DNA of 64,000 nt from Vulcanimicrobiota bacterium (GCA_963812155.1 CAWETW010000003.1:128001-192000); one strand, 5' to 3'; shown: positions 1 to 9,528, counted from the stretch's first letter. Notes: generated from the sequence alone by a model not told the origin. Program-made: numbers and translations.

Positions 1-405
1 CCCGTTCGGACTCGTCAGAAGGTTCGGCTTACTGGGAAAATGCGCGGGCGGGCCTTTGATCTCCGCAACGACGTTGAGCGTGTGCGGCGTCGTTTTCGAA
101 AGATTGCGCAACGTAATTTTCGTGCCGGGTGGAAAACCGAGCGTTTGCGAATATTGCTTTTGCGTAAATCCGCCGATCGTGGCTTTCCAGAACGGCGACT
201 TGAACGTTCCAAGACCGGCGCTTGGAAGCTCTTCGCCGACCGTTTTCGGGGGAAGAATGGCTTGGACGGCGATGTCGGGTTCGAATGCCGGCAGCGTCAC
301 ATTGCCTGCAGCTGGTACAACGCCGGCTCCGCCACCGCGCGTTGCGCAGGCGGCGAGGACGCCGGCCGCGACGATGGCGGCGAAGGCTATGTGCTTATTG
401 ACCAT
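1..405 (-). CDS. Lipoprotein, possibly cupredoxin/plastocyanin-like; 3' end runs off the window
   Basis: Not in the ORF track. Manual translation gives MVNKHIAFAAIVAAGVLAAC-ATRGG...GTKITLRNLSKTTPHTLNVV, with a LAAC lipobox and a GAAAGAGG SD upstream of the ATG at 405. Confidence 0.75.
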   Translation of the reverse strand, partial: MVNKHIAFAAIVAAGVLAACATRGGGAGVVPAAGNVTLPAFEPDIAVQAILPPKTVGEELPSAGLGTFKSPFWKATIGGFTQKQYSQTLGFPPGTKITLRNLSKTTPHTLNVVAEIKGPPAHFPSKPNLLTSPNG

Positions 406-456
406 GGGTACACCTCTTTCTTCTGCTCGACGCTATCGCGCCGGCATGAATAAAGA

Positions 457-1263
457 TTAAATCCGGATGGAATCGCGCATTGCGGTGGCCAGATTCTGCA
501 GCGCCGGGTCGGTCGCGTCGCGCGACGCCTGCACGAACGCCTCGCGAGCTTCCGCGCGCCTGCCTTGCTTGAGAAGCAAAGCACCCAAGGCAAGTTGAGC
601 GCGCGCGTAGGTCGGGGCCAAGACGAGCGCGCTGCGCAGCTCGCGTTCGGCTGCGGCGGCGTTGCCGAGGCGTTCTTCGGCAAGTGCGAGGTCGTAGTGC
701 GCGACGGCATATGCGGGATTCGCGCGCAGGAGCTTTCCGAAGTCGTCGCGCGCCGTGCGGGCGTCGCCGGCGCGCAGCGCGACGATGCCGCGGGAATAGA
801 GGGCCCGGGCCGATTCCGGATCGAGCGCGACGTAACGGTCGGCAACGGCGCGCGCCTCGTTGACGTCCCCGCGCGCGAGGTCGACGGCGACCAGATTTGC
901 CATGGCCGCGAGAAATCCGGGATCGAGGGCGATCGCTGCCCGCAAATTGCGCGCGGCATCGTCGTAACGGCCCAAATTGGCATACGCGACGGCCGCGTCA
1001 TAGCGCGCCGTGGACCCCTTGGGCTCGGGTGGATTCAGCGACACGACTCGCTCGAACTCGGCGGCCGCGGCGGCAAACTTTCCCGCCGAAAAAGCCTCGA
1101 GCCCAAGGCGGAAGCGCTCTTCGATCTCCCGCGAGACCGCCATTTCTCGCAGCGCCGGCACGGACGTGGTCCGCGGAACGGGCGTCTGCATCGGGTATGT
1201 TTGGGCAAATGACCTCGCGGTCGTGAGCCCGCCCGCGAGCAAAAGGAGAAGCGCAACCCGCAT
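457..1263 (-). CDS. Secreted tetratricopeptide repeat protein
   Basis: Signal peptide followed by repeated TPR-like helices (ARYDAAVAYANLGRYDDA, ALYSRGIVAL, AHYDLALAEERLG). Confidence 0.85.
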   Translation of the reverse strand: MRVALLLLLAGGLTTARSFAQTYPMQTPVPRTTSVPALREMAVSREIEERFRLGLEAFSAGKFAAAAAEFERVVSLNPPEPKGSTARYDAAVAYANLGRYDDAARNLRAAIALDPGFLAAMANLVAVDLARGDVNEARAVADRYVALDPESARALYSRGIVALRAGDARTARDDFGKLLRANPAYAVAHYDLALAEERLGNAAAAERELRSALVLAPTYARAQLALGALLLKQGRRAEAREAFVQASRDATDPALQNLATAMRDSIRI

Positions 1264-1272
1264 TGCTTATTT

Positions 1273-1530
1273 CTAGGGCGTGTGAGGACCGGACGGCAGC
1301 TCCGCGGCGCGCCATTCCGCAGCCCCGGCGGCGCGTTCGGGGCGGCACTCCCAGCCCTTGCGGCCGGCCGAAGTGATCGGACCGAGCAGCAGGGGCGATT
1401 CGGACGCGACGATCTGCCCCGCAAGCAGGTCTTCGAGGGAGCCGGCGCGTGCCAGAGCGGCCGCACCGCAGCTTAATGCGCCTGCCAGGAGAACCGCTCC
1501 GAGCAGCCGCCGCACCAAGGCGCTTGACAT
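1273..1530 (-). CDS. Small hypothetical exported protein
   Basis: Signal-peptide-like N-terminus; TATAAT (1539-1544, minus strand) lies 8 nt upstream of the ATG at 1530; co-oriented with the TPR gene. Confidence 0.5.
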   Translation of the reverse strand: MSSALVRRLLGAVLLAGALSCGAAALARAGSLEDLLAGQIVASESPLLLGPITSAGRKGWECRPERAAGAAEWRAAELPSGPHTP

Positions 1531-1564
1531 CGGTTTCAATTATAGCCGAAGTTCTAAGGAATCC

Positions 1565-3406
1565 GTGAATCGCACCGGCATTTTCGCAACGGTCCTGCTG
1601 GCGTGCTCTCTGCCGGCGGTCTCTGCCGGAGCGCAGACGGCTCTGGTGGTCGGCTCCGTGAGGGATCAGCACGGGGCTGCCGTCGCGCGCGCCGCCGTGA
1701 CCGCCTACGACCGATCGGGCGCTCGACTTGGCGCCGCCACGACCGACGCCGCGGGCACCTTTGCGCTCGCGGCCGATGGGGCCGTACGGCTCGCCATTGC
1801 GTGCCGGTATTGCCTGCCGGTCGCACTTCCGGTCCAAGAGGGCCAGCCCGCGGTGGCCATCGTACGTCGCTTCGACGCGCTCTTCGACGACTCGCCGTCA
1901 CCCGGGGATCTCGCGAATCTGCCGTACGCGCACGTCGAGTCGGCCGTGGCGCTGCGTCCGTTTGCGCTGCTGCGTCAAACGACGACCGGAGTGCCCGGTT
2001 CGCAACTGAGCGATCGCGGCTTCTCCCCGAGCGATGCGCTGCTGATCGACGCCGGCGTTCCCAACTACGACTTCGCGGACGGAACCTCGCCGTACACGAC
2101 GATTCCGCAAGCCTACCAGCAGAGCGGCACCATCGCTCCGCCGGAAGACGCGTTCACGTACGGGGACCGCGCCGGTTCGGGCATCGTGACGCTGGATCCG
2201 TTCGGCGACGGCAACGCGGGCGCGGCGTTGACCGGCGGCGATCAAACGCTCCGGCTCGAAGCCGGCTCCGATTTCGCGCGCCTCGTCGCCGCAACGTACA
2301 GCAACGCATCGGAGTCGCGACAGCGCGCCGACGCCGCCCTTGCGGTGCCGCTTTCAACCGCGCAGACGCTGTCGTTCTCGGGGGGCACGTCGCAGGGTCG
2401 CGAGTACGGCGATCCGGCGTCGGCGCTCGACTCGAGCTTCAGTTTCGCGCGCGCGTCGTTCGCCGACGTGCAGCCGAACGCGAACCTTTACGCAAACTAC
2501 GTCGCCGATCGCGGCGGTTACGGCGCGGCGCTCGAGGGAACGACGCTTTCCGACGTGTGGTCGGATTCGAACTTCACGGTGGGCGCGCGTTCGCGCGGTC
2601 CCGTCTCGATCTTCGCCGATGCGTCGGATCGCCTGTCAACCGGCATTTACGACGATTCCTCGTATGGTATCGCGCGCATTGCCGGGACGCTGACCCAGAC
2701 GCGCTTCGATGCCGGCATCGATGCGAGCGGCAACGACGTCGACGTCCGGGCCGGCATCGGCTGGTTCGGCGTCGGGTTCACCGGCGGATCGTACGGCACG
2801 TCGGTGCCGTCCAACGCGCAGCTCGCGACGCCGTCGATTCTCGTGCGGCTCTTCCCCGATTCGAAATGGAGCGCGAACGTCGGCGCGAGCGGATCGTTTA
2901 CCCTGCCGAACCTGTGGCAACAGTACGCACCGGACGGCGGATACGACGGCTTGGTGTACGATCGCAACGCGCTGTATGCGGCGACGCTCGCGTACACCGA
3001 TAACGCACGCTTGCGCGTAGCGGTCGAAGGCGCATCGCAGCACGTTGCGGGATTCACCAACGGGACGGTCACGTCGGCCGGCGCCTCGGTGGCGTGGCAG
3101 ATTGCGCCGGCGATTTCGATGCGCGCGTGGACGATGCACGTCGACGATACCACGGTCGCGCCGGTGCCGAATCCGTTTTATCCGGCCGGATCGCCGGCAA
3201 CGGTCAATGCATTTTGGCTGACGTACGACAACGCCGCTTTGCGCGTCGACGCAATCTATCGCCGCGATGTGCTCAACGGTGCACCGTTCGAACATATCGA
3301 CGGCGACGTTTCAGGGCCGATTAACGGGCGATTGCGGTGGTACGCCGGCGTTGAAGATCGCCAGCGCACCACCTATCTCGACGTGGGTCTACGGTTTAAC
3401 CCTTAG
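1565..3406 (+). CDS. Carboxypeptidase-regulatory-like domain / TonB-dependent-receptor-like outer-membrane protein
   Basis: GTG after TAAGGA; signal peptide; VVGSVRDQHGAAV...TTDAAGTF domain; plug-like LSDRG...LLIDAGVP; amphipathic beta-strands ending YLDVGLRFNP. Confidence 0.65.
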   Translation: MNRTGIFATVLLACSLPAVSAGAQTALVVGSVRDQHGAAVARAAVTAYDRSGARLGAATTDAAGTFALAADGAVRLAIACRYCLPVALPVQEGQPAVAIVRRFDALFDDSPSPGDLANLPYAHVESAVALRPFALLRQTTTGVPGSQLSDRGFSPSDALLIDAGVPNYDFADGTSPYTTIPQAYQQSGTIAPPEDAFTYGDRAGSGIVTLDPFGDGNAGAALTGGDQTLRLEAGSDFARLVAATYSNASESRQRADAALAVPLSTAQTLSFSGGTSQGREYGDPASALDSSFSFARASFADVQPNANLYANYVADRGGYGAALEGTTLSDVWSDSNFTVGARSRGPVSIFADASDRLSTGIYDDSSYGIARIAGTLTQTRFDAGIDASGNDVDVRAGIGWFGVGFTGGSYGTSVPSNAQLATPSILVRLFPDSKWSANVGASGSFTLPNLWQQYAPDGGYDGLVYDRNALYAATLAYTDNARLRVAVEGASQHVAGFTNGTVTSAGASVAWQIAPAISMRAWTMHVDDTTVAPVPNPFYPAGSPATVNAFWLTYDNAALRVDAIYRRDVLNGAPFEHIDGDVSGPINGRLRWYAGVEDRQRTTYLDVGLRFNP

Positions 3407-5730
3407 CCCTCGCGGCGGCCCTGGGGGCGCCTGCGCCGGCGCATTGGCGGAGCGCCGGGCGCGTCGGCCGCATATTCGGCCGGCGGTTCGGCGGGCGGTT
3501 CGGTAGGCCGTTCCACGGGCGCGCGCGGCGGCCGGCGCGGCCCGCGATCGCCGCCGCGGTCTCCACCGCGATCGCCGCCGCGGTCTCCACCGCGATCGCT
3601 GCTGCCGTTGCTCGAACCACCCAGAACGGCCTTGTGCGAGAGATTGAGGCGGCCTTGGCCGTCGATTTCCATCACCTTCACGGTGATCTCGTCGCCGACG
3701 TTGGCCACGTCCTCGACGCGTTCGACGCGCTGCGGCGCGAGTTGGCTGATGTGCACGAGCCCTTCCTTGCCGGGAAGAATCTGCACGAACGCACCGATCG
3801 GAATGACGCGCGTGACTTTGCCCGTGTAGACATCGCCGACGACGACCTCTTTGGTGAGATTTTCGACGATTTGCTTCGCCTTGTCACCGGCTTCGCCGTC
3901 GAGCGAGGTGATGTACACCGAACCGTCGTCCTCGATGTCGATCTTGGTGACGCCGGTGTCGGCGATGATCTTGTTGATCACTTTGCCGCCTGGACCGATG
4001 ACGTCCTTGATCTTCGCCGGATCGATCTTCATCACGATCATTCGCGGCGCGTACTGCGAGAGTTCCGCGCGCGGCGCGGCGATCGTTTCGGCAAGTTTGT
4101 CGATGATGAAGTAGCGCGATTTCTTCGCCGCGGCCATGGCCTCGCGCATGATCTTCAGCGTGATGCCCTGGACTTTGATGTCCATCTGAATCGCGGTGAT
4201 GCCGCGCTTGGTGCCGGCCACCTTGAAATCCATCTCGCCGAGCGCGTCTTCGAGGCCCTGAATGTCGGTGAGGATCGCGTACTTGTCGCCTTTGAGAATC
4301 AATCCCATTGCAACGCCGGCCACGTGACTGCTGATCGGAACGCCGGCATCCATCAGCGCCAGCGTCGAACCGCAGACCGAGGCCATCGACGACGAGCCGT
4401 TCGACTCCAGCACTTCGCTCATCAGGCGCATGGCGTACGGGAACTCGTCCTTGGGCGGAAGCACCGGCAGAAGTGCGCGTTCGGCCAAGGCGCCGTGGCC
4501 GATTTCGCGCCGGCCCGGGCCGCGCATCGGACGCGTTTCGCCGACCGAATATGGTGGGAAGTTGTAAAAGTGCATGTAGCGCTTGTCTTCGAGCGCTACG
4601 ATGCCGTCGAGCCGCTGGGCGTCGCTCGACGAACCCAGCGTGGCGGCCGTAAAGACCTGCGTCTGACCGCGCGTGAAAACACCCGAACCGTGAACGCGCG
4701 GCACGTAATGCACTTTCGTCCAAATCGGCCGGATTTCGTCGGCTTTGCGGCCGTCGGGACGAATCTTCTCGTCGACGACCATCGTGCGCAACTCGTCCTC
4801 TTCCATCGCCTTGACGATTTTGTCGAACGCTTTGGAAGCGCCCGGCTCCTCGAGCATCGTCCGCACGTCGGCGTCTTTCTTACCGCAGCGCGTCAGCGCT
4901 TCGTCGACGCCGAGCAGCGCGAAGGCGCGCTCGCGTTCGCCCTTGTCGACGACGCGCATTGCCTTGGCGACGTCCTTGGCGAAATTCTTGCGCACCCACT
5001 TCTCGAGGTCTGCGTTGACCTTTTGAACGGGGTACTCGCGCTTTTTCTTGCCGCACTTTTTGGCGAGCTGGTCGATCGCTTTGACGATGCGTTTGATTTC
5101 ACCGTGTGCGAACTCGACCGCGCCGAGGAAATCCTCCTCGTCGATCTCGTTGCCGCCGCCTTCGACCATCATCACGGCGTCGGCGGTGCCGGCGACGACG
5201 ACTTCCATGCCGCCGGTTTCATATTGCGCGAGCGTCGGGTTTGCGATGAATGCGCCGTCCTCGTCGCGACCGACGCGAATCGCCGCGACGGTTTTGTCGA
5301 ACGGAATGTCGCTGAGCGCGAGCGCGGCACCGGCCGCGCAGACGCCGAGCACGTCCGCATCGAGTTCCGGATCGATCGAAAGTACGGTCGCGACGACTTG
5401 AACGTCGTTGCGGAATCCGTCGGGAAAGAGCGGACGAATCGGCCGGTCGATTTGCCGCGAACTGAGCACGGCATGTTCGCTCGGACGGCCTTCACGCTTG
5501 ATAAAACCGCCGGGTATTTTTCCGGCGGCGAACATCTTTTCTTCGAAGTCGCAGGTGAGTGGGAACCAGTCGATGCCTTCGCGCGGTTTGGCGGAGGCGG
5601 TGACGGCGCAGAGCACGACGTTCTGGTCGCCATAACGAACGAGCGCAGAGCCATTGGCTTGCTTCGCAAGTTCGCCGGTTTCGATGACCATCGTGCGCCC
5701 GCCGACCTCAAGGGTCACGGAATCGGGCAC
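3403..5730 (-). CDS. pnp: Polyribonucleotide nucleotidyltransferase (PNPase)
   Basis: IPGGFIKREGRP, FTRGQTQ, RREIGHG, ESNGSSSMAS, DFKVAGT, plus KH and S1 domains; GTG start after AGGAGA. Confidence 0.97.
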   Translation of the reverse strand: MPDSVTLEVGGRTMVIETGELAKQANGSALVRYGDQNVVLCAVTASAKPREGIDWFPLTCDFEEKMFAAGKIPGGFIKREGRPSEHAVLSSRQIDRPIRPLFPDGFRNDVQVVATVLSIDPELDADVLGVCAAGAALALSDIPFDKTVAAIRVGRDEDGAFIANPTLAQYETGGMEVVVAGTADAVMMVEGGGNEIDEEDFLGAVEFAHGEIKRIVKAIDQLAKKCGKKKREYPVQKVNADLEKWVRKNFAKDVAKAMRVVDKGERERAFALLGVDEALTRCGKKDADVRTMLEEPGASKAFDKIVKAMEEDELRTMVVDEKIRPDGRKADEIRPIWTKVHYVPRVHGSGVFTRGQTQVFTAATLGSSSDAQRLDGIVALEDKRYMHFYNFPPYSVGETRPMRGPGRREIGHGALAERALLPVLPPKDEFPYAMRLMSEVLESNGSSSMASVCGSTLALMDAGVPISSHVAGVAMGLILKGDKYAILTDIQGLEDALGEMDFKVAGTKRGITAIQMDIKVQGITLKIMREAMAAAKKSRYFIIDKLAETIAAPRAELSQYAPRMIVMKIDPAKIKDVIGPGGKVINKIIADTGVTKIDIEDDGSVYITSLDGEAGDKAKQIVENLTKEVVVGDVYTGKVTRVIPIGAFVQILPGKEGLVHISQLAPQRVERVEDVANVGDEITVKVMEIDGQGRLNLSHKAVLGGSSNGSSDRGGDRGGDRGGDRGGDRGPRRPPRAPVERPTEPPAEPPAEYAADAPGAPPMRRRRRPQGRREG
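3541..3600. repeat. 24-bp tandem repeat (about 2.5 units) encoding the (DRGG)n tail of PNPase
   Basis: ccgcgatcgccgccgcggtctcca is repeated in tandem. Confidence 0.8.
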
Positions 5731-5839
5731 GGTATCTCCTAATGCTTTCGCTTTACTTTTTGTTAACTCGCCGCAATTCGGGAACTGCGCGAATCCGACC
5801 TTCCGGAGGAGAGCGCCGCCGGCGTCAAAATGACGGCGC

Positions 5840-7561
5840 ATGCGACTTTTGGCTGCTCTGGCGCTCGCTTCCGCGCTGCCGGCGAGCGCGGCTCCTTCGC
5901 CGGCTGCCTCTCCCGCGCCGGCGGCGGGCGCGCATGCGATGGTCGTGACGGAGCAGCGCTACGCGACGGTGGCGGCGCTGCGAGTGTTGCGCGACGGCGG
6001 AAACGCGGTCGATGCGGCGGTTGCAGCGGGTTACGCGCTGGCCGTCGTCGATCCGTGTTGCGGAAACATCGGCGGCGGCGGGTTCATGCTCGTGCGCACG
6101 CGTTCCGGTGCGGAGCGCTTCATCGATTTTCGGGAGAAAGCCCCGGCGCGGGCGAGCCGCGACATGTATCTCGACGCGCGCGGCCGCGCCGTTCCGGCAC
6201 GTTCGCGCAAAGGCTGGCTCGCCGTCGGCGTCCCCGGCACGGTGCTCGGGATGGAAACGGCGCGGCGGGAATTCGGTACGATGTCGCGCGCGGCGCTGAT
6301 GGCCCCCGCGATTGCGCTCGCTCGCAACGGTTTCACGCTCGCGCAGGGCGATCTCGTTGCGTTCACCGGAGAGGCGTCGCAAGGGTATGCCGGCGCGTAC
6401 TGGTTTGCAGCGCAACCCAACGTGCGCGATATCTTCATGCGTGCCGGCCGTTTTCCCCAAGCCGGCACCGTGCTGGTGCAGCCGCAGTTGGCGCGCACGC
6501 TCGAGGCGATATCGTCGGGCGGTGCCGATGCGTTCTATCGCGGCGCGATCGCGCGCGACGTCGTGGCGGCCAGCCGCGCCGGCGGCGGCATTCTCACGCT
6601 GGACGACTTCGCCGGGTATCGCGTTGAAGAAACTGCGCCGCTGCATTGCGCGTTTCGAGGATACGACGTTGCGTCGGCTCCGCCGCCGAGCTCGGGAGGC
6701 GCCACACTGTGCGAAATTCTCAACGTCATCGCGCCTTTTCCGCTGAGCGCGTGGGGATGGCACAGCGCCCGAAGCGTGCACTACGTCACCGAAGCCGAAC
6801 GGCGCGCCTACGCCGACCGCAATGCGTATTTGGGCGATCCCGACTTCGTGCGCGATCCGGTCGCGCGGCTGCTTTCGCCGCAGTATGCCGCGGCCTTGCG
6901 CGCACGGATTTCGCCGAATCGCGCAACGCCGTCGACCGACGTCAAGCCGGGATTGGGCGCGATCGCCTACGAGGGCGGCGACACGACGCACTACTCGATC
7001 GTCGATCGTTGGGGAAATGCGGTCGCCGTCACGTACACGCTCAACGATTGGTTCGGCGCCGGCGTCATCGCCGGAAAGACCGGATTTTTCCTCAACGACG
7101 AGATGGACGATTTCACCGCCAAGCCCGGCGTACCGAATATGTACGGCCTCGTGCAGGGCGTTCGCAACGAGGTCGCTCCCGGCAAGCGGCCCCTGTCGTC
7201 GATGGCGCCGACGATCGTCACGAAAAACGGAAACGTCGTCATGGTGACGGGAAGTCCCGGCGGTTCGCGTATCATCACGATCGTGCTCGAAACGATCCTC
7301 GACGGGCTCGTTTACGGGATGAACGTGCGCGAAGCCGTCGACGCTCCGCGCACGCACATGCAGTGGCTTCCCGATGCCGTCGAGTACGAGTCCGGCGCGC
7401 TCTCCGCGACGGCCGTCGCGTCGCTGCACTCGATGGGCTACACGTTGACAAAAACGCCGGATTGGGGCAGCGCGCAAGCGATTTTCGTCGACCCGGTCAC
7501 CGGCGTGCGTTACGGCGGCAGCGACCGGCGCCGGCCGTCGGGCGCGGCACTCGGATATTGA
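5840..7561 (+). CDS. ggt: Gamma-glutamyltransferase (exported)
   Basis: GGNAVDAAVA, GGGGFM, DFREKAP, autocleavage TTHYS, LNDEMDDF, PGKRPLSSMAP, GSPGGSRI. Confidence 0.95.
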   Translation: MRLLAALALASALPASAAPSPAASPAPAAGAHAMVVTEQRYATVAALRVLRDGGNAVDAAVAAGYALAVVDPCCGNIGGGGFMLVRTRSGAERFIDFREKAPARASRDMYLDARGRAVPARSRKGWLAVGVPGTVLGMETARREFGTMSRAALMAPAIALARNGFTLAQGDLVAFTGEASQGYAGAYWFAAQPNVRDIFMRAGRFPQAGTVLVQPQLARTLEAISSGGADAFYRGAIARDVVAASRAGGGILTLDDFAGYRVEETAPLHCAFRGYDVASAPPPSSGGATLCEILNVIAPFPLSAWGWHSARSVHYVTEAERRAYADRNAYLGDPDFVRDPVARLLSPQYAAALRARISPNRATPSTDVKPGLGAIAYEGGDTTHYSIVDRWGNAVAVTYTLNDWFGAGVIAGKTGFFLNDEMDDFTAKPGVPNMYGLVQGVRNEVAPGKRPLSSMAPTIVTKNGNVVMVTGSPGGSRIITIVLETILDGLVYGMNVREAVDAPRTHMQWLPDAVEYESGALSATAVASLHSMGYTLTKTPDWGSAQAIFVDPVTGVRYGGSDRRRPSGAALGY

Positions 7562-7594
7562 GCGGCGCATCGCCAGGGCACGACGTGCGGCCCC

Positions 7595-7603
7595 TGGTAT
7601 AAC
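7595..7603 (+). promoter_or_regulatory. Extended -10 element (TGgTATAAC), likely leaderless transcript
   Basis: TATAAC ends 7 nt before the ATG at 7611; no SD between them. Confidence 0.5.
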
Positions 7604-7610
7604 GGGCTCC

Positions 7611-8468
7611 ATGCAAACGCTGACGCCGGCGCGCCAAAAAGAACTCGAACTCAAAGCCAACGACGTGCGGCAAGGAATCATCCGTTCGCTGCTGGCGGCC
7701 GGGTCGGGTCACTCTGCAGGCCCGCTCGACATGTCCGACGTGTTCGCGGCGCTCTACGGATTCCTGATGCGCCACGATCCGGACCGTCCCGATTGGCCGG
7801 ATCGCGACCGGCTCTTACTTTCGTGCGGGCACATCGCGCCGGTGCGTTATTCGGCGATGGCGAATTTCGGATATTTTCCGGTCGAAGAACTGCTGACGTT
7901 GCGCAAGTTCGGTTCGCGGCTGCAAGGCCATCCCGAACGCGTCACGCTGCCGTCGGTCGAAACGACGTCGGGACCGCTAGGCGAAGGCCTCGCGCAAGGC
8001 GTCGGCATGGCGCTGGGCGCGAAGATGGACCGGAAAGATTTCCACGTGTGGGTGGTCACGTCGGACGCCGAGCATCAATGCGGTCTGCATTGGGAAGCGG
8101 TCTTGACGGCGGCCAAGTTTCGTCTCGACAACCTCACGAGCGTCGTCGACCGGAACTTCATTCAAATCGACGGCAGCACCGAAGACGTGATGCCGCTCGA
8201 GCCGCTTGCCGATAAATATCGCGCGTTCAACTGGGAAGTCTTCGAATGCGACGGCAACGACATCGGCGAGTTCATCGCAACGGCGCAGCGCGCGCGAGCC
8301 GTTACGGGAAAACCGCAGGTGATCGTCGCCAACACGGTCCCCGGCAAGGGCGTCTCCTACATGGAAGGCGACTACACGTGGCACGGCAAGCCGCCCAACG
8401 CGCAGCAAGCCGACGAAGCGTTACGCGAACTCGGCGAAGCGCGGGAAAAGATTCTTGCCGATGTCTAG
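7611..8468 (+). CDS. Transketolase, N-terminal (TPP-binding) subunit
   Basis: GSGH, RDRLLLSCGH, LQGHP, TSGPLGEG, TVPGKGVSYME, WHG. Confidence 0.93.
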   Translation: MQTLTPARQKELELKANDVRQGIIRSLLAAGSGHSAGPLDMSDVFAALYGFLMRHDPDRPDWPDRDRLLLSCGHIAPVRYSAMANFGYFPVEELLTLRKFGSRLQGHPERVTLPSVETTSGPLGEGLAQGVGMALGAKMDRKDFHVWVVTSDAEHQCGLHWEAVLTAAKFRLDNLTSVVDRNFIQIDGSTEDVMPLEPLADKYRAFNWEVFECDGNDIGEFIATAQRARAVTGKPQVIVANTVPGKGVSYMEGDYTWHGKPPNAQQADEALRELGEAREKILADV

Positions 8469-9489
8469 CGCCGGAACGGGCGTGCGCGACGCCGCCGCCT
8501 CCGCCATGCACCTGCTCGACTATCGCGCCGGCGATCTCAAGCAAGTGCCGACGCGCAACGGTTTCGGCGAAGGTTTGATCGAGGCCGGCTCGCGCAATAG
8601 CGACGTGGTCGGAATTTGCGCGGATCTTTCCGAGTCGACCCGCTTCGAAGGTTTCAAGAAAGCGCATCCCGCGCAATACATCGAGATCGGCGTCTCCGAG
8701 CAGTTGCTCGTGGCGATGGCCGGCGGTCTTGCGTCGGTCGGAAAGATTCCGTGGATCGCCAGCTATGCGATGTTCAATCCGGGGCGCTCGTGGGAACAAG
8801 TGCGCACGATCATGGCGCTCAACGAAACCAACGTGAAGATCGCCGGCGCGCATGCCGGCGTTTCGGTCGGCCCCGACGGCGCAACGCACCAGGCCATTGA
8901 AGACATCGCCATCATGCGCGTGATCCCACACATGACGGTCGTCGTTCCGTGCGACGCGGAACAGACGAAGAAGGCGACGATCGCACTATCCGAGCGCTGG
9001 GGGCCCGTCTATCTGCGCTTCGGGCGCGAGAAGTCGCCGGTCGTCACCAGCGCGGAAACGCCCTTCGAGGTCGGCGTCGCGCAGACGTTCCGGGAGGGCA
9101 GCGACGTCGCGATCGTCGCGTGCGGAATCCTCGTCTATAATGCGCTCGTCGCCGCCGCCGACCTCGCTCGCGAAGACGGCATCGAATGCCGCGTCGTCAA
9201 CAACCACACCGTCAAGCCGATGGACGAAAACGCAATCGTCGATGCGGCGCGCGTATGCGGCGCCGTCGTTACGGTCGAAGAGCACCAGAAGCACGCCGGG
9301 ATGGGTTCGCGCGTCGCGGAAATTCTCGCCCAGAAGCGGCCCGTGCCGATCGAGTTCGTCGGCGTCGACGATCGATTCGGTCAGTCCGGCGATCCGGTCG
9401 AACTCATCGAGTTCTACGGCATGGGCGTCGGCGCGATCAAAGAGGCGGCCCGCCGCGCCCTCACCCGCAAACAACCCGTGTCATCCTGA
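8461..9489 (+). CDS. Transketolase, C-terminal (pyrimidine-binding) subunit
   Basis: IGVSEQ, GPDGATHQAIED, GPVYLRFGR, VTVEEH, FGQSG; overlaps the upstream subunit. Confidence 0.93.
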   Translation: MSSAGTGVRDAAASAMHLLDYRAGDLKQVPTRNGFGEGLIEAGSRNSDVVGICADLSESTRFEGFKKAHPAQYIEIGVSEQLLVAMAGGLASVGKIPWIASYAMFNPGRSWEQVRTIMALNETNVKIAGAHAGVSVGPDGATHQAIEDIAIMRVIPHMTVVVPCDAEQTKKATIALSERWGPVYLRFGREKSPVVTSAETPFEVGVAQTFREGSDVAIVACGILVYNALVAAADLAREDGIECRVVNNHTVKPMDENAIVDAARVCGAVVTVEEHQKHAGMGSRVAEILAQKRPVPIEFVGVDDRFGQSGDPVELIEFYGMGVGAIKEAARRALTRKQPVSS

Positions 9490-9528
9490 GCGCAGCATCG
9501 AACGAAGTTCGATGCGCAGTCGAAGGAT
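9479..9528. repeat. REP-like palindromic element / bidirectional terminator between convergent genes
   Basis: TGTCATCCTGAGCGCA-GCATCGAAC-gaa-GTTCGATGC-GCAGTCGAAGGA contains a 9-bp perfect hairpin. Confidence 0.5.

Noticed and set aside
1524..1552. Perfect TTGACA -35 on the plus strand
   Set aside because: No consensus -10 at 16-18 nt spacing, and it overlaps the start codon of the minus-strand ORF.
3541..3600. Tandem repeats as a possible CRISPR array
   Set aside because: In-frame coding repeats without unique spacers; no cas genes in the window.
3634..5742. Long antisense ORFs opposite pnp, ggt, nuoF, cobA, arnT and cysT
   Set aside because: Shadow ORFs from GC3 bias with no recognisable motifs.
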